Below are positions 1 through 12,239 of a stretch of DNA of 60,267 bases, in pieces. Numbering within the stretch: the first letter of the stretch is position 1; every line of letters begins with the position of its first letter. Source of the DNA: Octopus bimaculoides (lineage: Eukaryota); the NCBI RefSeq assembly GCF_001194135.2, contig NC_068998.1, positions 31,748,033-31,808,299 on the forward strand. Direction: 5' to 3'. A program made the translations under genes and the position numbers. The notes beneath the pieces are model-generated. The model searched no databases. It was not told where the DNA came from and saw nothing but the letters and a program-made list of their open reading frames with translations.

Positions 1-81
<81 letters not shown>

Positions 82-320
82 ATTTATGTGTGTGTGTGTG
101 TATATGTATATGTTTGTGTGTCAGTGTTTGTCTCCATTACTATTGCTTGACAACTGATGTTGGTGTGTTTATATCACTAACTTAGTGGCTTGGCAAAACA
201 GATCAATAGAATAAGTACTAGGCTTACAGAGAATAATTTCTGGGGTCAATTTGCTTGACTAAAAGCGGTGCTCCAGCATGGTCATAATCGAATGGCTGAA
301 ACAGATAAAAGAATAAAAGA
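1..320 (+). mobile_element. SINE family A, 3' part: internal (TA)n/(TG)n tract (1-117) plus conserved tail
   Basis: Tail gacaactgatgttggtgtgttt...gactaaaagcggtgctccagcatgg...gaaacagataaaag recurs at 6360-6545, 59600-59808 and, inverted, at 3420-3618, 31342-31560 and 50640-50850. Confidence 0.85.
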
Positions 321-352
321 ATGCATACACACATACATATATATGTATATAC

Positions 353-500
353 CAGTGGTTCCCAGTCTTTTTACTACCAAGGACTCCTTTTATTTAAATG
401 AGTTTTCCCATGGACCACAGGATATTGAAAGGTCTGCCAACTTAACATGTTCACAGACACCCCAGTACAACCTTTGCCGACCACAGGTTGGGAACCACTG
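353..500. mobile_element. hAT (Charlie-like) MITE, 148 bp
   Basis: TIRs cagtggttccc...gggaaccactg; perfect 8-bp TSD gtatatac at 345-352 and 501-508. Confidence 0.9.
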
Positions 501-924
501 GTATATACATACTATATATGTATATTTATATATGTGTGTGCATGTGTGTTATATAAATGTATAACACACACACATACACACACACATATATGGGTTATAT
601 ATATCATATCTTGATACTGTGTGGACTGAGATCCCCATTGGCAGGCCCCTGATATTTATATTCAATATTTACGGTATGCAAAGTAATAGCATCAGTTTTC
701 TATAGCTACTGTGATTGTTGAATATATAAATAGATTTGGCTGTTTATTTCTCTGGGATTAAACAAAATGATTTAGATGTCTCTGATGAGAATCTAATAAA
801 ATTTAAAAACTGATTAAAGTTGTTCATCATTTTTCCAATGTTTGTAGAAATAGCTAAATTGTCCCAGTTTATAAATCCACCATATATGTTACATATATGT
901 ACTGGTTTTAAACTTTGACACAAG

Positions 925-1110
925 GCCAGCAATTTTGGAGGAGATGAAGTCACTTACATCAGTCCCAGTACTCAACTGGTACTTATTTTATTGACCCTGA
1001 AAGGATGAAAGGCAAAAATCAACCTCAGCAGAATTTGAATGCATAACATAAAAACAGATGAAATGCCACTGAGCATTGGTTTGCTAGTGATTCTGGTAGC
1101 ATATATACTG
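925..1110 (-). mobile_element. SINE family C copy (decayed)
   Basis: Reverse complement resembles 40688-40895 (ctggtacttattttattgaccctgaaaggatgaaaggcaaa...cagcagaatttgaa). Confidence 0.75.
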
Positions 1111-1142
1111 ATACACACATACCTATCTATCTATTTCTTTGA

Positions 1143-1454
1143 NNNNNNNNNNNNNNNNNNNNNNNNNNNNNNNNNNNNNNNNNNNNNNNNNNNNNNNNNN
1201 NNNNNNNNNNNNNNNNNNNNNNNNNNNNNNNNNNNNNNNNNNNNNNNNNNNNNNNNNNNNNNNNNNNNNNNNNNNNNNNNNNNNNNNNNNNNNNNNNNNN
1301 NNNNNNNNNNNNNNNNNNNNNNNNNNNNNNNNNNNNNNNNNNNNNNNNNNNNNNNNNNNNNNNNNNNNNNNNNNNNNNNNNNNNNNNNNNNNNNNNNNNN
1401 NNNNNNNNNNNNNNNNNNNNNNNNNNNNNNNNNNNNNNNNNNNNNNNNNNNNNN
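1143..1454. other. Assembly gap (N run)
   Basis: Run of N. Confidence 1.
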
Positions 1455-1830
1455 AAATTTGGTGCATTAATGTACTTTTCCAAGCTGAATTGCTGGAGTT
1501 ATATCACTTTTTCCAGAAAAATGTTTTAAAAAAGTTTTGGAGGTTTAAAGTTTGATCATTTTCACCCAGTCAGGAAACAGGATTTGGAAGCTGTCATTTT
1601 GTGCATGACAGCACATTTTATCAACATCCTGAAAATAGCATTTGTGCTTTTAAATGAAAGCATAAACAAATGAAATATGCATGAGATATAACTCCTCATA
1701 ACTTTTTTTTATTTTTTGGAGTTTTCAGAAATTTTTTGTGAATTTGTATTCTACACGTGGGACTTCATATGGTTATGCAAAAAAAAAAAAAAATGGGTGT
1801 GCATCATTTAAGGCCTATTTAGCTGTTATT
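1455..1830. mobile_element. Decayed dispersed repeat, probably a DNA-transposon remnant
   Basis: aaatttggtgcattaatgtacttttccaagctgaat (1455-1490) recurs as aaatttggtgtattgatgtacttttccacactgaat near 5266-5302; no coding signal. Confidence 0.4.
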
Positions 1831-2184
1831 TTAGCACACCTCAATGTCAAAAAAAAAAGGAAAGAATAAACAACACGTATTTTGTAGTTTTCAGCAATCA
1901 ATACGCATTTAATGTGATAGCACGAACATAAAAGATTTATCTAAAAACAAAAAAGCACATTACAAATTAAATATTAAAAAAAACAAACATTCTGTTGACC
2001 AGTTCATTGAAAACGAAAGTTAGAAATGCATTCAAACAATTTCTTGAACAAATCACAATTTTCATATCTCCTGCTCCACATAAATTTATAAGCTCAATTG
2101 TCAACAGATAGGTAAAACAAGTGGTTTCAATATATTTGTCAATATGTGCTTTCTTGCAGACAAAAGAGTTCTCATGTTCTGCTT

Positions 2185-2198
2185 GTTACTATGGAAAC
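2185..2198. promoter_or_regulatory. RFX X-box-like motif GTTACTATGGAAAC
   Basis: Matches the palindromic RFX consensus GTTRCYATRGNAAC; function not shown. Confidence 0.35.
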
Positions 2199-2225
2199 AG
2201 GCATGAATGTGTCTGTGGCTTACAA

Positions 2226-2707
2226 TTGGCTAAAATTACCCAAAATTTTCAAATTTCAATTACTAATAACTCTTTATTTATTGATTTATAGCAAAAATGA
2301 TTTTCATGTCATTCATTAGCCTATAAAAATGTATCATTACATTGAATATGAAATCAATTTGAACAGAAATTGATGCTGGCATCCAAACCAAAAAGATCCA
2401 TTATGTGAGAGAATATAGATGTTTATTATATTAGTTTACAGCTTTTGCATAATCTTGTTAGTTATATAATAGATATTAGATAACCACAAATATGTATGTA
2501 CACCCATATACACAAGTGTGCTGAAAATTTAACTAACAGACTTAACCTTCTGAAAGGGTTATGGTAGTTCAAAACATCAAACAGGCCCAGTGTAAATCAT
2601 AGGCAATAGATGTATTCAGTAGGTTACCATATATGGTTTGCTTTAAAGAAATAATGTTGGCAGATCAATACTATTCAGAGAGAAAAGAAGAAAATAAACA
2701 CAATAAA

Positions 2708-2762
<55 letters not shown>

Positions 2763-3793
2763 TTAAAAAGTCAAGGAATTAGAAAAAATATAAATGTAAA
2801 TAAGAAAAATAGGTTTATCAAAGAATTGGTCTCTAAAGAGGATATGCTTACTAAAATAGATCTGTTTTCTAAAGAAAATGAGTTGACCATCCCCATAGTA
2901 TCTAAATGAATAAAGCATATGGTAAAGGAAGAAAAAGAAGATAAATGATTAAAACAGGCAAATAAATAGAATTGAAAGTATGGAGTAAAAAAGAAAAGAA
3001 CAAAATAAGGCTTAGAAATAAAATAGTGGGGTTTAAATAGCTGTGGAAATTTCATGCACTGTTGATTTTGAAGGATAGTGATGTTATTTCAAGACCACTG
3101 AAATGGTATGAACATACACATTATGTGAATATTCACAAGCATATTAACACACACGTACATACATTCATATACGAGTGTTAACAAACACATTCATACACAT
3201 TTATACACATTCATGTGCATGCACACAAACATATTCTAGCACAAAACATTAATGTTGAACTAGCAATTTTAAAATAGTTGGTCAATAATTAGTTTAATTG
3301 ACCAAAACATATAGCATTTGAACACACATATAGAAGGAGATGATATCCATGCAAATATTTTCAAACATTCATTCAGACTTTATCAAACTATTGTGCTAAC
3401 AGTTTTAAGAGTTACTTTTACTCTTTTACACATTTCTGTCATTTGACTGCAGCCATGCTGAAGTACTGCCTTTAGTCATAGAAATTGCCTCCAGGACTTA
3501 TTCTTTGTAAGCCTAATACCTATTCTAGCGGTCTCTTTTGCTGAACCACTTAGTTTCGTAGGATATAAGTATACCAACATCGGTTGTTAAGTGATGGTGG
3601 GGGTACAAACACAAACACAGGATCTTTGTGATTTTTGTCAGTGTTTATAATTTTGTTCCAATTGTCTTCAAATTTGGTATATGGATTAAGTTCTGTGTAC
3701 TAATTATGAAAATGAAATTCATTTTCCACACAAGTCCCTAATTAAAAAGTTATTAGCCTTTAAAATTTGCAAAATTTGGATATTTTAGCCAAT
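2226..3793. repeat. Decayed inverted repeat pair (about 2226-2275 and 3744-3793), possible old DNA-transposon ends
   Basis: ttggctaaaattacccaaaattttcaaatttcaattactaataactcttt is approximately the reverse complement of aaaaagttattagcctttaaaatttgcaaaatttggatattttagccaa. Confidence 0.5.
3420..3618 (-). mobile_element. SINE family A tail
   Basis: gtcatttgactgcagccatgctgaagtactgcctttagtc...ggacttattctttgtaagcct; matches the other tail copies. Confidence 0.85.
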
Positions 3794-3891
3794 CAAAAGC
3801 AAGTATTTTATGTATCACTTTTATGTATCAAAAATTTATATTTTCATAGTAACCAAAGCACCACGTGTTGCATAGCTGATTGTGAAGAACT

Positions 3892-3905
3892 GTTACCATA
3901 GTAAC
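3892..3905. promoter_or_regulatory. RFX X-box-like motif GTTACCATAGTAAC, flanked by CACGTG E-boxes (3862-3867, 3925-3930)
   Basis: Near-perfect palindrome matching the X-box consensus; two canonical E-boxes within 30 bp. Confidence 0.4.
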
Positions 3906-4265
3906 CAAAGATGCTGAGCATGTGCACGTGGAGGAGGAGATACGAGAAAGATAATTCATTTTATAAAACCCTAGTTTAATGATTTTGACATGCCAATGCT
4001 CCCCTGTCCCCCCTGATGATGGAAGAGGCAGCAAGTGCACTGTTTTCTGACTGGCTGAAAATTCTGAAAATTATCACATTTTGAATACCTGTAACATTTT
4101 TGTAAAATTTTTCTAGAATGAAATGAATAACAAATTCGGATTCAGTGTCAAAACTTATCTCTATATCATACATTAAAAAATGTTTTAATGATAATTGTAA
4201 CCAGTGATGAAAACGACAAAGATTCCAGACACAAAGACACACCCCCATAAATACATATATACACA

Positions 4266-4422
4266 CAACAGGCTTCTTTCAGTTTCCGCCTACTGAATCC
4301 ACTCACAAGGCTTTGATTGGCCCGAGGCTATAGTAGAAGGCACTTGCTGAAGGTGCTATGCAGTGGGACTTAATCTGGAACCATGTAGTTGGGAAGCTAG
4401 CTTCTTACCACATAGCCACACC
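4266..4422 (-). mobile_element. SINE family A head (tRNA-like)
   Basis: ggcttctttcagtttccgcctactgaatccactcacaaggctttg...aaccatgtagttgggaagctagcttcttaccacatagccac; matches 31575-31735. Confidence 0.85.
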
Positions 4423-4429
4423 ATGACCA

Positions 4430-5200
4430 AGTTGTAAATGGAAACAATAAGCTAAAGGTGAGGAAAGATATTACATTTAGTAAATAACAATTAAAGTAAA
4501 ATAATATGACGTAAAATAAGGTGAAACAAGTTATGAGAAACAAAGATCTGGAAGCTGTCCAAAGGGTTATATTTTAGAGTAAAGTAGTAGTATTATTATA
4601 GCTTCAAATTACAAACTAGTTATTTAATTACCAGTAAAGATATAAGGAGGATCAATGTACATATATGGACATTGTATAACTGAATTATAGGAAATATTTA
4701 CAACTAAGTAGATGGTATATTATAGATTAAAGATATCCATCAATTAAAATTTAAATATACTGTTATTCGCTAAATGAGATAATGCTGAACTGCTGATCAA
4801 ATATGTTCATTTGAACTGGGATTAAATAAATGAAGTAAGATAGTATAAGGTAGAAATAAAGTAGAAATATGGAAATAAGGAAGATAGAGGTTATAGTAGT
4901 CAGAAGGGAGATACCTATAAGGTTTCCAGTAATAACAGATTTAGATGAAGTTACCACCTTAAATTTTTATCATTATTTAGGAAGGATATGTGGTACATAC
5001 GCAGGCAATTTTTTTTAATACATCATCTCATTGGTTGATGAGATTTGATTTACACTTAATTATTTGACAAATTTCCAATATGCATAAGTTACAGACATCA
5101 TTACTACCTTTGTATGGTTGTACTTCACATATAATGGACCACATGGTTTTGTACTCAATTCCTTTATCAGTAACAATCTAGAGAAAACTAGTTAAAAATG
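4430..5200 (-). mobile_element. Penelope-like element 3' fragment (GIY-YIG C-terminus and downstream region)
   Basis: Minus translation near 5145-5030 gives WSIICEVQPYKGSNDVCNLCILEICQII..NLINQ, the W-x-I-I...PY...CxLCxxE...LxN motif at the end of PLE endonucleases. Confidence 0.65.
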
Positions 5201-5683
5201 TAAACTTAACAGATCTTTTCTGTTTGGTTGCACCTGTGGAAATTTCAAACTTTAGTGAAAATTTAAAAATTTGGTGTATTGATGTACTTTTCCACACTGA
5301 ATCTCAGGGGATATTTCACGTGTTTTTTCATTCAGCTAGCTATCATGTGGTTTATTGCAAATCTTCTATCACCCACATCACTTCCCCTACCATACACATC
5401 ACTAATATCATTCTTTTTATCATTATATTTATTTTCTTCTCATGCCCTCTTCTCACTATAGGTATTCTGACAATCGTTGTTGTAATGTTTTCAATTTTCC
5501 TTTTGTCTGTTTTATGTGGTAAACTGAAATAATTTTTCACCCATCAAATGAAATTTAATACTACTGACAACGTACTGACTGACCATTCTGAGAATTTACC
5601 CCTAACTTTTGTCCAGATACACTGATTGACTCTATATTGCTTTTCCCTCTTTTCTTCATGTCTTTGGCCTCTTTCTTCTTCTT

Positions 5684-5772
5684 CTTCCCCTTCTTCTTCT
5701 TCTTCTTCTTCTTCTTCTTCTTCTTCTTCTTCTTCTTCTTCTTCTTCTTCTTCTTCTTCTTCTTCTTCTTCT

Positions 5773-5816
<44 letters not shown>
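5684..5816. repeat. Compound microsatellite (TTC)n-(TTTC)n
   Basis: Seen directly; source of the poly-K/S/F ORFs. Confidence 0.98.
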
Positions 5817-6359
5817 TGTCTCACTTGCTCTCTATTCTAATTATTCCTCTCATACTTTTACCTACTTTTTGTTTCTTCCCAGTATAAGCAAAAAACAAAT
5901 CTGGAAGACGCACAATGTAAGAGTGCACCTTTCATGCAAGTCTGATAAAGTGCTGCTCTACTGTCTAAAACCACAAATATTACATAAATTTTCACTTAGA
6001 ATTTAGGGAAAACTGGCATTGCAAACAGACTTGGTAGAGAAACAATTGTAACTAATCATTAAAGATGTGTTAAAGTATTATTTGTTTTCTTATTATTTGG
6101 ATTGTGTGAGCATGCGTATGTGTGTGTGTGTGATTGTATGTGTGTATGTATCTGTTTATGTAATAATAATAATAATAATGATAATAATAACAACAACATT
6201 ATATCAATTGATTGTGCGAAACAAATCTATAACCTCTCTGCTATTTGACAACTGAGTAGAGGTACGGTGGCTCTCCTAATGCTATTGTTGATTTTTCTAA
6301 AAAAAAAATCCTTACTTACTTGACTGATTTCTAATTTAATTGGGTTGATTAATCCGGAA

Positions 6360-6542
6360 ACAAGCATTGCTTGACAACCGATGCTGGTGTGTTTATGTCC
6401 CCGTCACTTAGCAGTTCAGCAAAACAGGCCGATAGAATAAGTACTAGGCTTACAAAGAATAAGTCCTGGGGTCGATTTGCTCGACTAAAGGCGGTGCCCC
6501 AGCATGGCCACAGTCAAATGACTGAAACAAGTAAGAGATAAA

Positions 6543-6545
<3 letters not shown>
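6360..6545 (+). mobile_element. SINE family A tail
   Basis: gacaaccgatgctggtgtgtttatgtccccg...gactaaaggcggtgccccagcatggccacagtcaaatgactgaaacaagtaagag. Confidence 0.9.
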
Positions 6546-6588
<43 letters not shown>

Positions 6589-6813
6589 CACAATTAAACA
6601 CACACACACACACACATGACTAAATACAGTAAGGAGAGAGTACTGTACCAACATCAACATCAAAACAAATGCAATTGATCCAGAAACATTCACCATAGCT
6701 GTTGGCAAACTGCATAATGGGAAGGCACTGGAAAAGCCTTGATAGTTGGACATTTTGCAGAAAAGCACTTATATATATATTCAGAAGCATTATGGAATGT
6801 TGGATTGACATAC

Positions 6814-7211
6814 TGTATTAAGCAGTCTTTTACCACTGTTGTACATGTCTTTTGATATACCTGTCTTGTCACATTGAAAGATATTGTTATATTCCAAAGT
6901 CATTGATAGAATGTTTTTATCTGGCACTGTATGACCCCCAGTTGTACAGTTTTATTATCCTCAAAAGATTGGATCGATTTAACAGCCACTCAGTATCACA
7001 GCATGATTACTATATCAGCACAGACACAACTATCAACAGAGTCTACACATACTTTTGACCTTTCGACCTTCTGTTGATAGGCTACTGGTTTGTTTATAAT
7101 GGTTGGCTACTTCTACTTTTTACCAAGAGGGGTGTAACACTTTAACTATACAACATCTCCCCTTTTAATTTTTTATTTAACAATCAATTTCTTTTACTCT
7201 CCCTACCTCCT

Positions 7212-7300
<89 letters not shown>

Positions 7301-8345
7301 GGCACAATGGCTCAGTGGTTAGGGCAGCAGACTCGCAGTTGTAGGATCTCAGTTTTGATTCCCAGACCTGGTGTTGTGAGTGTTTATTGGGTGAAAACAC
7401 CTAAAGCACCACAAGGCTCTGACAGGGAGTGGTAGCACAACAACTTTCTCTCACTCCTTCTTCTTGTTTCTGTTGTACCTGTTTTCAAAGGGCCAGCCTT
7501 GTCACACTCTGTGTCATACTGAATCTCCCCGAGATCTACGTTAAGGGTACATGTGTCTGTGGAGTGCTCAGCCACTTGCATGTTAATTTCATGAGCAGGC
7601 TGTTCCGTTGATCATATCAGCTGCGACCCTTGTTGTCGTAACTGACGGAGTGCTGCTTTTATATATATGTATATATATATATATATATAGGGGATGTTTC
7701 TATGTGGCCTGCTTGTTTGTTGCACCTTTATGTGTTCAAAAAAATCCATGAATTCATTTGCCACCGAATGTACAAAGAAATTTGATTTATGGGAAACCCT
7801 ATAATTGCTTTGTGAAATTGTGTAAATGGAGCAGTATGTATGTATTTTACAGTATGTATGTATTTTACAATGTATTTTAAAATTTTCATAAGTTTGCAAA
7901 ACAAGACTTTTGTTTCTTTTTTGTTGAGGTATTTAATTTTCTACATGAATTAGTTTAAACTCGCCATGTGAATGTTTTTTTTTTCTTCACTCAACATAAA
8001 CTTGGTTTTCCTCATCATCACTGTTGTAAAGCAGTCTTTTACCACTGTTGTATCTGATGATAGTTGTCACTCTGACAAATATTGATATATTCTGAAGTCA
8101 TTGTTAGAATGTTTCTATCTGGCACTGTATGACCCATAGTTGTACAGTGTTATTACCTCAAAAGTATGGATTGATATAACATCCATTCAGTATCACAGTA
8201 TAATACTATATCAGCACAGACACGACTATAAACACAGTCTACATGTACGTTCGACCTTCTCCTGTCTACTAGCTACTGGTCTATTTATAATGACTGGCTA
8301 CTACCACTTTTTACTGGGAGGAGTATACAGTTTCACTATACAACA
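6814..8345 (-). mobile_element. Non-autonomous Gypsy-type LTR element (TRIM-like); LTRs 6814-7155 and 8022-8345
   Basis: Two diverged direct repeats of about 330 bp with tgt...aca ends; 5-bp TSD catac (6809-6813, 8346-8350); minus-strand PPT aaaaggggaga (7156-7166); PBS-like gtgatgatgagg (8010-8021, CpG-decayed gtggcgacgagg). Confidence 0.85.
7301..7656 (+). mobile_element. SINE family B (tRNA-derived), inserted within the LTR element
   Basis: Pol III box A TGGCTCAGTGG and box B-like GTTTTGATTCC at the 5' end; unrelated body; ends next to a (TA)n tract. Confidence 0.8.
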
Positions 8346-11300
8346 CATACCAAATTAGCTTCTTATAGCATGGACAAATCTTGTAGCCAAGAATGGAATC
8401 ACCAAGTTGGTTGAAAACTATCAGTCCATTGCTTGCCTAAACATTATGCATAAACTATTTCTTAACTGCCACAAGCAATTCTTCCTGGGTCATTGCAAGT
8501 CCAATGATATAGTGACTGATGAGCTGCCAGGAGGAAAGAAAGCAATATAGAGATGCGTTGAAGAATATTTGAAATCAAAGATGCACTCTCTGAAATGAAA
8601 AACCATCATAGGAGCCTTGCAATAGTATGGCTTGATTATAGAATTGCATTTGACTCAATTCCCCACTCATGGCTGCTGAAGTATCTATATTTGGCAAAAG
8701 CACCTACTACCTCACCGCTGCCATTGAGAGGCTCACAAAGAGCTGAGCAACAATTCTTACACTTAAAACTGGAATGATCATCTCCAATGTTATAAATGTT
8801 GCAAAGGAAATATTCCAAGGAGATAGTCATTCTGTAATTCTGTTCATTTTTATATTAAATCCTTCTCATTCCTGCAACAAAATTCAAATGGCTACATGAT
8901 AGGGTCTTCCACTACTAGAGATATTACTGTAATCCATAATTTCTTTGTGGATGACCTCAAGATTAATGCCAAAAATGTTACCAAAACCAAAAAGCAACTG
9001 GGCTATATTAACAACCTTTTCAGGTGACATAGGAATAGAATTTGACCAAAAGAAATGTTCATATTTGATTGTTGAAAGTGAGGCATCAGTCCCCCAGACA
9101 CAAAACTTGTGCATTAATGATCTCACTATCTGCCCTGTCCCACACAAAGAATGCTAGAAGTACCTAGGCATTGATGAAAACATATCATATGAAGATACAG
9201 TGACTAAAGATAGAGTGACCTGTGAATATTATGCCAGACTTAGAAAAATATGGCAGTTGGACTGGTTTTTCTTACAAGACAACATCCCTCAATGCATTTG
9301 CAGTACCAGTGCTGATTCCAACATTTGGGATATTTGACTAATCTGTACAAGAAATTCACTCTATAGACATTAAAACTCACAAGATACTGGCATCAACTGA
9401 AAATCACCAGTGATATCGACAGGCACCACCTAAGAAGAGATGAAGGAGGTAGAAACATGAGATCAGTGCAGAATGCTTTCAAATGTCATGTAGTCTCTTT
9501 CAGACAGCACAGCAACAAAAATAAATATATTAACTTAGTGCTGAAAAGTAAAGAGAAAAATATCCTACGTTGGCAGCAAGCTCCTCAGGAAGCACTCTTT
9601 TTAATGACCTCCCATACAACCCCAAAACAGCTAAACTAACATATTTCAAAAAAGACCTGGTTAAGACAAGCTCAACATTCCATAAAAAGATTATGCATGG
9701 ATATGCTTCCCAAAGACTTGAACACACACTATATATTCCACCATTAAAAATAATATACTTCATGTCACTTCAGGTTTCAAAATTCTTATCAAGTAAACAT
9801 CATACAGTTCTCACTGGGAAGAACAAAACTTCTAAAATGGATGAAAACTTCTAAAATTTGAAGTGTTGCTTTGGTTTAACAAGTAACACATCTATGTTTG
9901 CAGAAGATGAGGACTCATGTCCCATGGTAGCCTCCGTCTATTTTTCACCATCCAGTGGTTTTTATAACCCAATATTCTACATGCTGTTATTTATATCTTT
10001 ATCTATTTCAAGTTTCATTGTTAAAAAATAATGTATACACACATACACACACAATCACATACACAGTCCCCCTCCCACCACATATATATATTCATCTTAT
10101 TACTTCAACTGATTTTCTTTAAGAACCCAACTGTAATTTTATGTGGCTTCAGCCAACAAGTTTCTTTATCAAATTATCTAATTCTTGCTTTATCTTTGGA
10201 TGCAGATATTTTCTGTTCACAAAGTTTAAGTAAACGAAATCACTTTATGTATTACTAAAAATAAAATATTTCCCAACTGAATTAGACATTAGTTATTTTT
10301 TACCTTTTCATTTACATAATATTTGCTCACTTTCATTTATATTTATTTTTTCCCTATCTTCTTATAGTTAGTAATTAAATTGTATATACCCAAAAGTATT
10401 TAATAGTTTATACATGAAGGAGATATATCTAATTGCTGTCCATAAGACAAGTGACTGAAGATGTTAATATAACAAATCTAAAGAATATATAGAATCCATT
10501 GTGCATGTAAAACATCATTGTATTTATTTGCTGTTTCAAATGTTTGCTAACACTTTACCATTTGTCATATCAGGCCCTGTTCTATACTTAAAATCAATTT
10601 TTAAAATTATCAAAAAGTTGTTGAGTTATAACATACTGTACTACCTGGCTGTTTGTAAGCTTGATGATGAAGATTCATAATTGACTGTTGTAAGCAGGGG
10701 AAATATTTATTCACTAGTTACTATGTTGTTAGCTAGCAGTGATAGGTTCAAGCTCTTTTTAAAACAGACAACTGAAAACTACCTTCTTAAATCTTGACAT
10801 TTTGGTTGCAAAATATTTCATACAAATCTTAGTTTTACCCTGTAAAACAACTCTGATACTTTTTCTCTAGTTGAGTGTGTGATTGACCAAATCGATAATG
10901 GACTTGATAATCAGATAAACAGTTGATTAATTTGTATTGTGTCACCAGTACTTTGTTTTTAGCTAGTTGACTCTCAAATATATCAATTTAGGTAAACACA
11001 AATAAGTACTGTTAGGACATTCTAATAGCAACACTATATGCTTATATTACTGTGGGTGTAAAATGGAGAGACATAATCCCTGTCAGGTAGATTTGTTCTA
11101 GAATACATGTGAAGACAATGTCTTCAATTCTCTTCCATTGACCAATGGTGCTAAAGGTCTCACAACACCCTAATAAGGTAATCCTTGTTACAGGTTACAG
11201 AAAAATACAATAAACATTTTGCTTAATAGTTCACAAAAACCTCACTTGATATCAAAAAGATTAATGTAAAAAAGATTTCAGCTGAAATCTATCTCCAATA

Positions 11301-11399
11301 TCATTTTACATTAGAACTTTAGGAAAATGAATTAAGATGTTATTACTCATTTACAACCACCACACAATAAGACAAGGAAACTCACACACATATTTATGA

Positions 11400-11532
11400 T
11401 GGGCTTTTTTTTCAGTTTCCAACTAACAAATCCACACACAAGCCTTTGGTCAACTCAGGGCTATATTAGAAGGCATGCCAAAGGTTCCACACAGTGGAAT
11501 TGAATGCAAACCATTTGGTTGGGAAATGAATT
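11400..11532 (-). mobile_element. SINE family A head (decayed)
   Basis: gggctttttttcagtttccaactaacaaatccacacacaagcctttggtc...cacagtggaattgaatgcaaaccatttggttggg. Confidence 0.75.
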
Positions 11533-11689
11533 GTTAAATCCCGGAACCATTCCAAGAGATGCATTTCTTTATTGATATCAAGCAAATATATTTTAAGCAC
11601 TCACTCAAGATGTTCATGTAGAAGTTTCTGAAAAACTGCTCATTAGCTATTAGTTCAAAGCTGCCCCTAGCTTTGATGACGGACGAGCT

Positions 11690-11912
11690 GCTAGGAGCAT
11701 GCCATGTTCCCACTGCTGGACGGGCATTCTCCGAGTTCGGGTTTGGGAATATTAGTCTGATTCCCTTTCAGTGTGAGGCCGGTCACTTGAGTGCATGCAT
11801 GCGTGTGACAACTATGATGAATCTGGCACCTTTCGTGGAAGCTTTTGCTCACTTCTTAGGACTGACTGACCCATGCTCGACTGCCATTGGCATTCTCCAC
11901 TCCGGTCTTGAG
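11690..11912 (-). pseudogene. 28S rRNA: 28S (LSU) rRNA fragment spanning the D7a region, decayed
   Basis: Minus strand has GGAGTGGAGAAT...GCAGTCGAGCATGGGTCAGTCAGTCCTAAG, then about 70 nt variable, then GAAAGGGAATCAGACTAATATTCCCAAACCCG. This matches conserved eukaryotic LSU segments (GAAGTGGAGAAGGGTTCC...CATGGGTCAGTCGGTCCTAAG; CGAAAGGGAATCGGGTTAATATTCCCGAACC) with substitutions and a small deletion. Confidence 0.8.
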
Positions 11913-12094
11913 GGAAGAATGTTTTTTCCTTTAATAGTTGGAGAATAAGATCATGTGGGAATGTTAGCTGCAACAGACAGGCAAAACTATCAGGCGGGGT
12001 AATGTATCTCTTCTGATTCATACTGTGAAGTCAGTGATAAATGCGGTTTATGATAAGCCTGTCAGAGACAAAAAAGTATGACTGAGTATAGGCA

Positions 12095-12230
12095 CCAGTA
12101 TGGCCCTGTGGTTTAGCAGTTCAATTCCCAACCACATGGTTTTGGATTCAGTTCCACTATATGGTACCTTTGGCATGTGTCTTCTATTATAGCCTTCAGC
12201 TGATCAAAGCCTTGTGGGTTGCAAAAACTA
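12095..12230 (+). mobile_element. SINE family A head (decayed)
   Basis: cccaaccacatggttttggattcagttccact...ggcatgtgtcttctattatagccttcagctgatcaaagccttgtg. Confidence 0.75.
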
Positions 12231-12239
12231 AAAAGTGAT

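Larger units (their letters stand above)
6620..9780 (+). pseudogene. R4/Dong-like (RLE-class) non-LTR retrotransposon RT region, frameshifted, interrupted by an LTR element at 6814-8345
   Basis: Decayed RT motifs in order: AVGKLHNGKA (about 6700), NYQSIACLNIMHKLF (about 8420), WLDYRIAFDSIPHSWL (ORF 8595-8777), FQGDS (about 8815), HNFFVDDLK (about 8935), KYLGIDE (about 9160). Confidence 0.85.

Noticed and set aside
7301-7375. tRNA gene-like sequence (also the heads of SINE families A and C)
   Set aside because: Box A/B are present, but I cannot fold a full cloverleaf and each head continues into a repeated SINE body.
6814-8345. Initial reading of the two 330-bp direct repeats as duplicated host exons
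   Set aside because: The frames have stops; tg..ca ends, PPT, PBS and TSD identify them as LTRs.
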